Assembly: GCA_951406725.2 (NCBI GenBank)
Contig: OX597830.1
Location: 70,432,001 to 70,496,000, forward strand
Reading direction: 5' to 3'
Length of the DNA: 64,000 bases
DNA from: Octopus vulgaris
Taxonomy: Eukaryota
The notes under the pieces: generated by a model
Database searches by the model: none
Told to the model about the DNA's origin: nothing
The model's input: only the letters and a program-made list of their open reading frames with translations
Made by a program: the position numbers and the translations under genes
Part shown: positions 14,718 through 28,284 of the stretch, piece after piece
Layout of the letters: each line of letters starts with the position of its first letter
How positions within the stretch are numbered: position 1 is the stretch's first letter

Positions 14718-15120
14718 ATTTCTTTACTACCCACAAGGGGCTAAACACAGAGGGGACAAACAAGGACAAACAAACGGATTAAGTCGATTACATCGACCCC
14801 AGTGCGTAACTGGTACTTAATTTATCGATCCCGAAAGGATGGAAGGCAAAGTCAACCTCGGCGGAATTTGAACTCAGAACGAAATACCTATTTCTTTACT
14901 AACCACAAAGGGCTAAACATAGAGGGGACAAACAAGGACAGACAAACGGATTAAGTGGATTATATCGACCCCAGTGCGTAACTGGTACTTAATTTATCGA
15001 TCCCGAAAGGATGGAAGGCAAAGTCGACCTCGGCGGAATTTGAACTCAGAACGTAACGGCAGACGAAATACGGCTACGCATTTCGCCCGGCGTGCTAACG
15101 TTTCTGCCAGCTCGCTGCCT
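14718..15120 (-). mobile_element. SINE family A dimer
   Basis: Head ggcagcgagctggcagaaacgttagc, B box GAGTTCAAATTCC, core gtcgactttgcctttcatcctttcggggtcgat; second unit restarts at ggtatttcg. Flanked by gtgtattaccc/gtatattaccc. Confidence 0.85.
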
Positions 15121-15716
15121 CTAATATTTGTATATTACCCGCATCACATCTCTCTTGGAGGAGGAAATTCTGAGAGAAAACATGCACCACGATGTATTTT
15201 AGTAGATTAGTTCCTTTTTTTTTTTTTTCGAGTTTATGTTGTCCATGTTCAGAGAGTGGGATTGGATTTGTGCAAATCCTTTCCCCACTATGAAAAAAAA
15301 ATTATCATGCACAGGCGTCGCTTGTAAAAAAAGTAAGACCTATCACAGAAATGGCTGGTCGTAGAATTCGCATGTGTAGGAGTTTCGATCAGGCGATGGC
15401 AATACTCGAAAACGAGCTTGTAACCGTCATATATATATATATATATATACACACACACGTGTGTATATTTGTGTGTCCATGTATATGTCAATGCATGCTC
15501 GAATACATGATGTATAAACTTATTTATGTTTGCATATATATATATATATGATACAAAATGGGACAAGAACGCAACACATCCGGACAGCTAGGTGATACAA
15601 GAAAGGGGCAACAAAACAGCTAGATAGACGATATGAAGAAAACAAGAACGGCTCATTCGAAGTTTTCTTTCCTCAGTCAAGCACCAGATTATCCTCGCAA
15701 TTTCGGCTGCTTATTC

Positions 15717-15795
<79 letters not shown>

Positions 15796-15845
15796 TGTAG
15801 GAAGAAATGGAGCTGAACGAAGATTTAACAAAATTCCTTTTTATT

Positions 15846-15931
15846 ATTTTCTACATATGTTTCGAAGGCTGCAAAGTCCCTAATTCGGATTGAATAAGGA
15901 GTCCATTTTGCAGCCTTCTCTTCAGGAAAAT
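15846..15931 (-). ncRNA. Type-I minimal hammerhead ribozyme motif with canonical core, probably from a Penelope-like element
   Basis: Minus strand: AUUUUC-CUGAAGA-GAAGGCUGCAAA...UUUGCAGCCUUC-GAAACAUAUGUA-GAAAAU. 6-bp stem I, 12-bp stem II, palindromic stem III (ACAUAUGU), GUA cleavage triplet. Confidence 0.8.
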
Positions 15932-16117
15932 CCAGGAACTTAATTCTCCAACAAAATGCACAGCATATATAAAACTTCAAATTTCCGCACTAAGGCACGG
16001 ATTTTATGCCCCATGGTCGTAACTTCAACCGTGCTTTTTCTGTTGTGATTTTTGCTACCCAGGTATCGGTTATCATTTGAATTATCCGTAATAAGATAAT
16101 TCATTTATCTACTTCAA

Positions 16118-16175
<58 letters not shown>

Positions 16176-16328
16176 CATACATACACACATATATATATGT
16201 ATACATCTATATCTATCTGTCTATATATATGTATGTATATAGTCATGTATGTACGTATGTGTGCATATGTGTATGTATTAGAGGAATATCAATATGTACG
16301 CATATATGCACATATATTTGTGCGTGTA

Positions 16329-16392
<64 letters not shown>

Positions 16393-16895
16393 CGTACATA
16401 CATATGAATGTATCATTAAAGCAGTGAACTGGTAAAATTGTTAGAACGTCAGAGAAGATGCTTTGCAGTATTTGTTCCGGCCATTTACGCTTTGATTTCA
16501 AATCCCAGGGGTGTCGTCGGTAGTAGCTTTTTCCTTTCATCGTTCTGAGGTCGATAAAATAAAGTACCAATCAAGTACAAGGGTCGATGTAATCAGCTTA
16601 GGTAACACCTCCACTACCATCCAAGACCACCTCCTTGCTTTAAGTAATACTGGCGTTGTGCTTAAATCATAAACCACGAATGCGGCAGGCTGGCAGAATC
16701 GTTAGAACGGTGGCAAAATGCCTTTCTGTAGATTTTGCCACTATTCGTCTGATTTCACCGTCCCGCCGAGTCAAATGTACTTTTCGTCTTTTCGAGGTTA
16801 GTATAATAAAGTACTGGAGACGATGCAATCAGCTAAACACTTTTCCTGAATATTGCCTGTCTTTTTGTCAATATATAAAGCAGTTATTATTATTA

Positions 16896-16978
<83 letters not shown>

Positions 16979-17309
16979 GAGTGAGAGAGCAGTTCATGCC
17001 ATCAAAGTGACACTGGGGTAAAATATACGAAGCCCAATATACCCATCATGACTACACGTCTGATAAAGGTACACCAGGCACATGCATCACAACCATATGT
17101 GCGCGACATGGTGATCTCATATCAAGATAAACAGCACATGACCTTGCAGGTGGGGCCCAGTTAGAATTTTCTTCAGGTTGAGTAGCCCATCCCGCTCAAA
17201 CGGTCCCTGAATAAGGGTTGTTTAAGGATGTTGAAAGTACCACCCATGTTTCCAGAGGTGAACTATTCAAACCCCAAAGAATCCCTCTCAACACATGGCT
17301 ATGATGCTC
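16979..17309 (-). mobile_element. Non-coding repeat embedded in (TAA)n; second copy at 18910-19298
   Basis: Bounded by (TTA)n on both sides; same terminus ttatt|gagtgaga at 18910. Strand inferred from the neighbouring LINE. Confidence 0.7.
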
Positions 17310-17358
<49 letters not shown>

Positions 17359-17361
<3 letters not shown>

Positions 17362-18066
17362 TAGTTTTATTTTTATAGCGTGCTTTCACTTCACTACCGA
17401 GCGCTGCTCTGTGTGCCTTGGGTATGTGCTGTGATTCGTTGTGATGCTCTGATGGCTATTGTATGGAAAGTGTTCTGCGTAGGATGTGTGCAGTGCCTAG
17501 TAGTGCAATTTTCTGTATGTTATATGTGTTTGTAAGTCCTGGTGTTTTTGTTATGTATTTGTCTGAATATTTTTTTATCACGCCTAATGCACCTACTATG
17601 ATAGGAATTGTTTCTGTTTTTAGATTCCACATTCTGGTTACCTCTATTTCCAGGTCTTTGTATTTTGAAAGTTTCTCCATTTCTTTTAGAGACACGTTGT
17701 CATCTGCCGGTATTGATACATCAATTAGAAAGCATTTTTTTTCTTCATGATCTCTGACAACTATATCTGGTCTGTTGGCCTTAATTTCTCTATCTGTGTG
17801 TATCGGCATATTTCAGAGTATGGTTGCTTTCTCGTTTTCTGTGACCTTTTCTGGTGTGTGCCTATACCATCTTTTTTCTGTTGTTATTCCATAATGTTGG
17901 CATAGCTTCCAGTGTATGTAGGTTCCAACTCTGTCATGTCTGTGAATATATTCCTTCTTAGCCAGGACTGGGCAGCCAGAGATAATATGATTTATTGTTT
18001 CTTGTCCATCTCCACATATTCTGCAGTTACTAGTTATATTTCTTTTCATTACATGTTTTTGGTAAT
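17359..18066 (-). mobile_element. 5'-truncated R4/Dong-type non-LTR retrotransposon: CCHC knuckle, restriction-like endonuclease and 3' UTR, inserted in (TAA)n
   Basis: CRICGDGQETINHIISGC knuckle, HRHDRV, RPDIVV...LIDVSIP...EKLSKYKDL and IPIIVGALG motifs. One in-frame TGA at 17813-17815 where Trp is expected. (TAA)n on both flanks. Confidence 0.9.
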
Positions 18067-18077
18067 TATTATTATTA

Positions 18078-18146
<69 letters not shown>

Positions 18147-18855
18147 CTAAATTAGCGAGCTGGTGTAATCGTTAACACGCTGGACGAAATGCTCGTCCGT
18201 TTTCGTGTTCTGTGTTCAAATTCCACCGCGGTCGACTTTGCCTTTCATCCTTTCGCGGTCCATAAATTAAGTACCAGTGAAACACAGGGGTCGATGTAAT
18301 CGACTAGTCCCCCCCCTCCCACAAAATCTTGGGCCTCGTGCCTTTAGTAGAAAGAACCATTATTACTAGACATAATTTTCATAAACTACAAAATATAAAT
18401 ACCCACACTACCACACCTGAAACTTACCTGTTATAACTCTTTATCTCAATTTGCAGGTACGTGAAGGTATTCATAATGCCCAAACATATTTCTGCAAATG
18501 TGCTAAGCACCGATGCTGATCATAGTGTAATCAACAAGCGTAAGAGCGAGATAAATGTAGTAAAAATCGGGAGGGGGTCAGTAGGGTCCCATTTAATCGG
18601 CCCTTCAGAAATTGAACAACCTTACGATATTCTCTGGGAGTTCATGGTATGAAATTCCTTGTCACTGCTCCGATTTCGTTGCCAATGCCGTGTATTTAGT
18701 TTAAAGTGCAGTCAAAATAGACCCCCTAAGGACATTCCCTGGGATTAGGGGAGTTGCTGGTTTGAGTTTCATTGTCCTTGTACCAACGGTCTAAGGGGAA
18801 TTTACGAACATAAAAACGTAACGGACAGAGAAACAACACTCAAATTTATAATAGG

Positions 18856-18909
<54 letters not shown>

Positions 18910-19294
18910 GAGTGAGAAAGCAGTGCATGCCATCAAAGTGACACTGGGGTAAAATATACGAAGCCCAGTATACCCATCTGATAAGGGTACACCAGGCACA
19001 AGCCTCACAACCATATGTGCGCGACATGGTTATCTCATATCAAGATAAACAGCGCATGTCCTTACAAGTGAGGCCCAGTTAGAATTTTCTTCTGGTCGAG
19101 TAGCCCATCCCGCTCAAAAGGTCCCCAACATCCTTAGACAATCTTTATTCAGGGACCTTTTGAGCGGGATGGGCTACTCGACCAGAAGAAAATTCTAACT
19201 GGGCCCCACCTGCAAGGACATGCGCTGTTTATCTTGATATGAGATAACCACGTCGCGCACATATGGTTGTGAGGCATGTGCCAGGTGTACCCTT

Positions 19295-19298
<4 letters not shown>
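18910..19298. repeat. Second copy of the TAA-associated element with an internal inverted duplication (arms 18979-19125 and 19152-19298)
   Basis: Arms are near-perfect reverse complements separated by a 26-nt spacer. Confidence 0.9.
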
Positions 19299-19361
<63 letters not shown>

Positions 19362-19610
19362 ACATCAACATCATCATCATGAACAGCACTGCAAAGACGA
19401 AAATATAACTTCGATTGGCAGACGATCCCTACATTTGTGAGGGGAAATACCAATGCTCAACAACCACAGAGTATAACTGGTACTTCATTAGTTGACGTCT
19501 CAGCTTCATAAATGCACGACAAAAGTGAAAGACAGTATTGGCGAGATGTTAACCTACAGACATAAAAGATTTTGTGTATGTGTGTGTGTGTCTGTGTGTA
19601 TATATATATA

Positions 19611-19762
19611 TAGGCGTAGGAGTGGCTGTGTGGTAAGTAGATTGCTTACGACCCACATAGTTCCGGGTTCAGTCCCACTGCGTGGCACCTTGGGCAAGTG
19701 TCTATAGCCTCGAGCTGACCAAAGCCTTGTGAGTGGATTTGGTAGACTAAAAGAAGCCCATC

Positions 19763-19807
<45 letters not shown>

Positions 19808-20045
19808 GTGTGTGTGTGTGTGTGTATGTTTGCGTGTCTGTGTTTCTCTCCCCACCCCAATATCGCTTGACAACCGATCTTGGTGTGCTTACGTCCCCGT
19901 AACTTAGCGGTTCGGCAAAAGAGACTGATAGAATAAGTATTAGGCTTCCAAACAATAAATCCGGGGTTCGATTTGCTCGACTAAAGGCGGTGCTCCAGCA
20001 TGGCCACAGTCAAATGACTGAAACAATTAAAGGAGTAAAAGAATA
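19611..20045 (+). mobile_element. SINE family B, near full length
   Basis: aggcgtaggagtggctgtgtggtaag head; tail ggcggtgctccagcatggccacagtcaaatgactgaaac. Confidence 0.85.
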
Positions 20046-20189
20046 AACAGTAATCCCTATCTATGTGTCTGTCTGTCCGTCTGTCTGTCTGTCTGTCCGT
20101 CTGTCTGTCTCACTGTCTGTCTGTCTGTCTTTCTGTCTATGTGTGTGTGTTCTCGTTTCTTCAACGAGATTATACAACACGCAGGCTCG

Positions 20190-20230
<41 letters not shown>

Positions 20231-20420
20231 GCCTATATAACCCTAATCGAGAGTACACCCGGCTTACGCATTAAGCCAACCCTTTCAGCAGAGAAAGTAT
20301 ATAGATCCATGGCTCGTTTCTCTTTCCTTCCTCTTTCTCTTTTGGGTATCTCTATCTAGATATGTGTGCAAGCTTGTCGTGTGTGTATGTATTTGTGTGT
20401 AGAAATGTGCGCGCACACAC

Positions 20421-20456
<36 letters not shown>

Positions 20457-20560
20457 CCACACGTTCCTTTTTTCTTTTCCGTTTTATGTATATAAGTATA
20501 TATATATACGTATATGTATATACATACATATATGTATAAAAGTATATATATACACACACG

Positions 20561-20618
<58 letters not shown>

Positions 20619-21034
20619 TATATACATACATACTTATACTCACATATATATGTCTGTGTATATATATATATATATATATATGAATATACATACTTACATA
20701 CATATATCGTTATATATATATGGATTTATATACACATATATATATATATCTATATATATGTATATATACATACACACATGTACATTCATGAACAAACACA
20801 CATATATACATATATAAACATTTATATAAACAAAGAGAAGTCTATGTGTATGTATATCTGTTATGCATATATATATATATATATATATATGCATATACAT
20901 ATATGTGTGTGTGTGTGTGTGTGTGTTTGTGTCTAATATGCATGTGAATGCAGGTAGATATGTATGTGGATATCCATATACATATATAGATGCAATATAC
21001 ATGTGCACACACCTATATATACTTTTGTGTGTAA

Positions 21035-21070
<36 letters not shown>

Positions 21071-21125
21071 ATCTACGTTGGTATATGTGTACGGGTATAT
21101 AACAATAATAATAATAATAATAATG

Positions 21126-21180
<55 letters not shown>

Positions 21181-21281
21181 TAATAATAAATAAACTAATA
21201 ACAAATGGAGGAAACCTCGATATTAGATAATTAGAGGATTATTTATATATGTATAATTTAGGATAATCAGTAAGCTGTCAT

Positions 21282-21337
21282 GATAGTACTCGGAGTTTCG
21301 AATGCCGGAGCGAAGAGCTACGATGCATTCTCGTCGA
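21282..21337 (-). ncRNA. 5'-truncated hammerhead-like motif (variant core)
   Basis: Minus: UCGACGA-GAAUGC...GCAUUC-GAAACUCCGAGUA. Stem III is identical to the 37528-37565 motif; the 5' strand of stem I is lost in TA-rich sequence. Confidence 0.5.
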
Positions 21338-21342
21338 TATAC

Positions 21343-21378
<36 letters not shown>

Positions 21379-21399
21379 GTGTGTGTGTGTACATATACA

Positions 21400-21509
<110 letters not shown>

Positions 21510-21994
21510 TACATATATATATCTATATTATATATATATATATATTTATATATATATGTGTGTGTGTGTGTGTGTATATATATTATAGACATAAGTAGGT
21601 TTCTTCAACGGGAGTACAGAACACGCATGCACGCACGCACACACACATGCACGCACGCACACACATACACACACATAACATAACCAATGTGTATATACAT
21701 GCAAGGGAAGGAGGGAAAGAGTGCGCGATAGGGAGAGAAAGTTCGAGGGAGGGAAAAACATGCATTTGAGAGATTTAAAGTTCTTGCGTTCGTTTCCTTT
21801 GATACACATACACACATTGAAATACACTTACATAACTTCGATGTTTTACTAACGGGCACAGACACACTTCACCACACAGTACGACATGATATGGAATAAA
21901 GTCTCTGCGTATATTCATGTGTATATGTACGTGTATGAGTATTTATGTGAGCGCTTAAGTCTGTTTGTGGTTGTGTGTTTTAGCTATCTTAAAC

Positions 21995-22695
21995 CAGAGG
22001 TTCTCAGCCATTCTTTTTACTTATTGACCCCCTTGGGTTCCTGTTTTCCTCAGGTTGAACCCTCATAACTATTTGGTGTTTTTTTTTTAAAAAAAACCCT
22101 ATTCTATTTTCACAATTAAAAATTATTACGAATTGTATATAAAAAAAATTATTATTTGTTTCTTTATTACCCCACAAGGGGCTAAACATAGAGGGGACAA
22201 ACAAGGACAGACAAGGGGATAAGTCGATTACATCGACCCCAGTGCGTAACTAGTACTTAATTTATCGACCCTGAAAGGATGAAAAGCAAAGTCGACCTCG
22301 GCGGAATTTGAACTCAGAATGCAGCGGCAGACGAAATACCTATTTCTTTACTACCCACAAGGGGCTAAGCACAGAGAGGACAAACAAGGACAGACAAACG
22401 GATTAAGTCGATTAGATCGACCCCAGTGCGTAACTGGTGCTTAATTTATCGACCCCGAAAGGATGAAAAGCAAAGTCGACCTCGGCGGAATTTCAACTCA
22501 GAACGTAACGGCAGACGAAATACGGCTACGCATTTCGCCCGGCGTGCTAACGATTCTGCCAAAAAATAATTATTAAAACATTTAGTGTATTGTAGAATTA
22601 TAACCAATTTATTGCAGATAAATTTATGACGACATAATCTCATAGGGACCACCTCCCACCCCAAGGCTCATACGGATCCCTGTTGAGAACTACCG
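21995..22695. mobile_element. Old hAT-like non-autonomous element interrupted by a SINE-A dimer (~22158-22560, minus)
   Basis: Ends cagaggttctcagc and gttgagaactaccg resemble CAGTGGTTCTCAAC-type TIRs; no 8-bp TSD preserved. Confidence 0.45.
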
Positions 22696-23051
22696 GTCGA
22701 ATTGATCAGAAGGAGCCTGGTGTTAAATAACAACAACATCAACAACCGTTTTCGGTGTTGCAGCTGTTTAGGTCCAGTAGACCGGTAAACAAACAAAAAA
22801 GAAACACAAACAAACAAACATTCTAGCCGTGACGTTACCGGCGAATTAGGCCCCCACAACGGTCATAGTTGAGCTTCCACTGATCTCTAAACGAAAGCCA
22901 AAATTGTATATTCAATAGGTGATTTGAATCGAAGTTCATGTGTTTATATGTTGGAGGCCGAAAATTCCTCCTGGTGCCAATTTGAGGATTGTGTTTAGTG
23001 ATTCTTTGGGTATATGAGGCGTCGCCGAGTGAGGATGTCGGAGTTGTGACA

Positions 23052-23580
23052 AGGCGGCGAGCTGGCAGAATCGTTAGCGCGTTGGGCGAAATGCTTAGCG
23101 GTATTTCGTCTGCCGCTACGCTCTGAGTTCAAATTCCGCCGAGGTCGACTTTGCCTTTCATCTTTTCGGGGTCGATTAAATAAGTACCAGTTACGCACTG
23201 GGGTCGATGCAATCGACTTAATCCGTTTGTCTGTCTTTGTTTGTCCCCTCTCTGTTTAGCCCCTTGTGGGTAATAAAGAAATAGGTATTTCGTCTGCTGC
23301 TATGTTCTGAGTTTAAATTCCGCCGAGGTCGACTTTGCCTTTCATCCTTTCGGGGTCGATTAAATAAGTACCAGTTACGCACTGGTGTCGATATAATCGG
23401 CTTAATGCGTTTGTCTGTCCTTGTTTGTTCTCTCTGTGTTTAGCCTCTTGTGGGTAGTAAAGAAATAGGCATTTCATCCTTTCGGGTCGATAAATTAAGT
23501 ACCAGTGAAATACTGGAGTCGATGTAATTTGAGGCCCTGTGCCTCCAATAATTTGGGGCCCTGTGCCACCAGTAGAAAGG
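23052..23580 (+). mobile_element. SINE family A multimer
   Basis: Full head, then a repeat unit restarting at aggtatttcgtctg, then a partial unit with the alternative tail. Confidence 0.85.
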
Positions 23581-24503
23581 ATTAATAAGAATAAGTATCA
23601 GTGTATATACATGTGTGTCCACTAATCTACCTACCTACATACACACACACCTACTTACCTACCAAACTAATTAAATATATACACCCCTCTCATATACACA
23701 TATACACATATACACACATACACGCACACACAACACAAACATACACACACGCGCGCACTCACGCCCGCGCTCACGCGCGACACACACACACTTTGACAAT
23801 GGGTAGTGCGGGTACGTGGTCGTTCGTTTGCTAGAAATAGCAGTCACGTTATATAGATCTCAGGAACTGACGCACTGGCATAAATGCGCGCGCGTCCACA
23901 CTCTCACGCACAGACACACACACGCATACAGACACACAGACACTCACAGACACCCACACACATATACACACACACACTCTCTTTTAATGTGTGAGCCACT
24001 ACATGGCCACCTAATCTACTAAAAATAGCAGCCAAATACTCTTTCAAGTCATTCTCCCGTCTGAAAAATGGATAGGTTACGTAATCAATATGTTCCCTGC
24101 ATATAAGGAAAAAATTGACTGGATGGTCACGGTTAAAATGTCTTAAATTGTAGGTTTTTTTAGTCAGGAGCAAAACGATAAAAACAGCTGAGTTGTTCTA
24201 CAGAAATACATGAGTCAAAGAGGGAGCTTGCACGTGGTACACGACATGCTAGAAATAACAGACAAATCTCCCTTAAATTACACCGAATATTAAAAAAAAA
24301 CGAAAAGAAAGGAAGGACGGGAGGAAGAAGAAAGAAAGAAAGAAAGAAAGAAAGAGAGAAAGAAAGAGAGAATATTGAGCTTGATTTGCAACCTCCTTGT
24401 TTCAAGTTCGGTCTCTCTGTGCGGCACTTTGCGCAAATGTCTTTAGTTATTGCCCCGCTCCGGTCGACCAATACCCCGTGAACTGCATGGAAGTCCGCCG
24501 TAT

Positions 24504-24584
<81 letters not shown>

Positions 24585-24648
24585 CGACCAATACCCCTTG
24601 AACTGCTTATAAGTCCGCCGTATATATATATATACATACATGCACACG

Positions 24649-24702
<54 letters not shown>

Positions 24703-25371
24703 AATACACACACGCATACATATGTATATATAGATATATATATATATGATTTTTGAATGCATGTAGGTGTACGTGTGTGTGTGCATGTCTTTGTGCTTGA
24801 GTTTGTTCTCCACTGATGTTATGTTTACGTCCCCGTAACTTAGCGGCTCGGCAAAAGAGATCGATATAATAAGTACCAAACTTATAGATAGATAAAAAAA
24901 CAAAAAAACACGCATATGTATTTTGGCTAAAACGCTACAAGCTGGAATTGCCGCGGTCCATTGAGTGAAAGAAGTACAAAATGGGGATGGTCACGACCGG
25001 AATGCCCAAAATAACCACAGGCCTGTACTGCTCGATCAGTACTGGCTTGGAGTTAAGTAACAACAACAACAACAACAACATCAACAACGATGGTTTATTT
25101 ATTAGCCTCAATTATTTATTAGTCATCGGACAGCTGCCATGCTGGAGCACAACTTTGAAGGATGTATTTTTGAGGTCTGATACATACTCTATCGGTCGCT
25201 TTTGCCGAACCGCTACGCTATGTTACGAGGACGTAAGGAAGCCAACACCCGTTGTCAGGCGATGGGTGTGGATAAGCTCAAACACAAACATACACATACA
25301 CACACACGCATACACACATATATAAGTATGTATGCATGTATACATGTGTGTGTGTATCGTCGTACGTGTGT

Positions 25372-25418
<47 letters not shown>

Positions 25419-25715
25419 GTGTGTGTGTGTACGATGGGCCACCATACAGTTTCCGCCTGTCAAAGCAACTCACAAGGCTTTAGTCGGCCCAGGGCTATAG
25501 TAGAAGATACTTACCTAACTTGGCGCGTGGTGGGATTGAACACGAAACTACTACGTGGCTGCGAAATGAGCTTCTGAGCTCCACTCAGCCATGCCGAAAG
25601 ATTAAAAGTTTATTAAACACGGAAAATTTACAGGGAAATAAATAATAAAAAATATGGTGTATCATAAAATACATTTAAAACCAGATATTTATATAACAAT
25701 ATTAACGCATTATAA

Positions 25716-26476
25716 GGTGGCGAGCTGGCAGAAACGTTAGCACGCCGGCGAAATGCTTATCGGTATTTCGCCTGCCGCTACATTCTGAGTTCAAATTCCG
25801 CCGAGGTCGACTTTGCCTTTCATCCTTTCGGGGTCGATAAATTAAGTACCAGTTACGTACAGGGGTCGATATAATCGACTTAATCCGTTTGTCTGTCCTT
25901 GTTTGTCCCCTCTGTGTTTAGACCCAGGTAGTAAAGAAATAGGTATTTCGTCTGCTGCTACGTTCTGAGTTCAAATTCCGCCGAGGTCGACTTTGCCTTT
26001 CATCCTTTCGGGGTCGATAAATTAAGTACCAGTTACGTACAGGGGTCGATATAATCGACTTAATCCGTTTGTCTGTCCTTGTTTGTCCCCTCTGTGTTTA
26101 GACCCAGGTAGTAAAGAAATAGGTATTTCGTCTGCTGCTACGTTCTGAGTTCAAATTCCGCCGAGGTCGACTTTGCCTTTCATCCTTTCGGGGTCAATTA
26201 AGTAAGTTCCAGTTACGTACTGGGGTCGATATAATCGACTTAATCCGTTTGTCTGTCTTTGTCTGTCCCTTCTGTGTTTAACCCCTTGTGAGTAGTAAAG
26301 AAATAGAAATAAGTATTTCGTCCGTCTTTACGTTCTGAGTTCAAATTCCGCTGAGGTCGACTTTGCTTTTCATCCTTTTTGGGTCGATAAATTAAGTACC
26401 ATATGAGTACTGGGGTCGGCCTAATCGACTGATCCCCTCACCCAAAATTTCGGGCCTAGTTCCTAGAGCAGAAAAG
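25716..26476 (+). mobile_element. SINE family A tetramer (~180-bp units) within a single 18-bp TSD
   Basis: aatattaacgcattataa at 25698-25715 and 26477-26494; three units with tail 1 and a last unit with tail 2. Confidence 0.9.
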
Positions 26477-26957
26477 AATATTAACGCATTATAAATGGAT
26501 TTTACAGACAACTTAAAGCTGAGGATATATCTGCACGTACTATACAGACAAACACACAGACACAGATAGATGCACGCACAGACAAATACTGACGTATGCG
26601 TACACAATAATATACCTACATACACACAGATATACTAGGATATTTACGTAGGCATTATAAAATGCTAGAAATAGCAGCCAAATGTACATAAGATCCCTCA
26701 CCACCGTTTTGGATTTAGGAGATGGATGCGTGAAATAATGTATTTTTTAAAATATTCAGACAAAAAGAAAGAGAAAATATAAAGATAAAACGAGAGGTCC
26801 TGGCTGGAACGTCCTTGATCATAGCCTGCAAAATCATGACTTACCTGGGATTGCAATGAAAACAACGACAAGAGCAACAACAACAACAGACTCATGCTTT
26901 GGATCATCAAAAGATTTTGATGGGGTCGTAAGAGATAAATTGATAGAAAGACTGAGT

Positions 26958-27002
<45 letters not shown>

Positions 27003-27010
27003 GGAGAGAA

Positions 27011-27051
<41 letters not shown>

Positions 27052-27389
27052 ATGAACGACAAATAGAAGAATAGATTGATATATATTTATGTATTATATA
27101 TATACAGACATACATATATACATACATATATCTATATATACACACACAAAATTGATAGATATACATATGTATACACATGCATACATATATACATACATAC
27201 ATACATACATCCATCCATCCATACATACATACATACATACATACATACATACATACATACAAATATATATATACATGCTTACTTATACGAAGGAAGCCCA
27301 ACCAACCGAGTTTTTTTTTTTTAACAGGACCCAGAAACACTGAAGGAGCCCTACAATAAGGGTGTGAATCTGTCGAATAAGATCATAAT

Positions 27390-27446
27390 TAACTGATCCA
27401 CCTGTATTTTCTTTCACTCAAAGTCAGAAACTTTTCATCACCCCTC

Positions 27447-27447
<1 letters not shown>
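27390..27447 (-). mobile_element. Single mariner-like terminal fragment abutting (TA)n
   Basis: Minus strand TA|CGAGGGGTGATGAAAAGTTTC resembles mariner TIRs; partner end not found. Confidence 0.35.
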
Positions 27448-27515
<68 letters not shown>

Positions 27516-27622
27516 CATACACACATATATATATATATACATACAAATATATATATATATATATAAACATACATATACAGACATATATATATATATGTAT
27601 ATATACATATATACATATATAC

Positions 27623-27686
<64 letters not shown>

Positions 27687-27819
27687 ATACATATACATAT
27701 ATATATATATGTATGTATGTATGTATATATACTTATATACACACACATACATATTGATAGCTATAGATAAATAGATAGAGAGAGTGGGTGAGAGAGAGGG
27801 TGAGAGAGAGAGAGAAAGA

Positions 27820-27857
<38 letters not shown>

Positions 27858-28284
27858 AGTTCAATGGGTACCGTAGGTCAGTTAGTATATATTTAATGAA
27901 TGGAAAGGTATTATCGAATGGCTGCTCGTTGAAACACTCCAAGACTTTCAGCAGACACCAGATTCTTCCAGTAAACTCGTACTCTGTAGTGTGAACTATG
28001 GAATACCCCATATATCGTAAAGTGCCCACGGGGAATTGTATTCTATTCACGTTACCCTCAGCTTTTTAGTCAGGTACCTAACGCTGTTCAATAAAATAAT
28101 TATTGACTATACAGAGGCGTCGATTCTACAGCAAACCGGTCTTGTATCTAAAAATAGAGAGATCTCAGAATTCAATCAATCTGCTAGAAATAGTAGCCAA
28201 GTATCAATCAAATCAAACCTTACAATATTAAAAAATTGAAATTATAAAACGTAATAATGTAATAAAATAATATTTACAGACTCG

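Noticed and set aside
14974-15210. Recurrent ORFs MRNWYL..RPRKDERQSRPRRNLNSER
   Set aside because: Antisense translation of SINE family A, repeated at each copy.
25716-26476. Regular ~180-bp repeats resembling a CRISPR array or satellite
   Set aside because: Units are SINE bodies without unique spacers; eukaryotic context and no cas genes.
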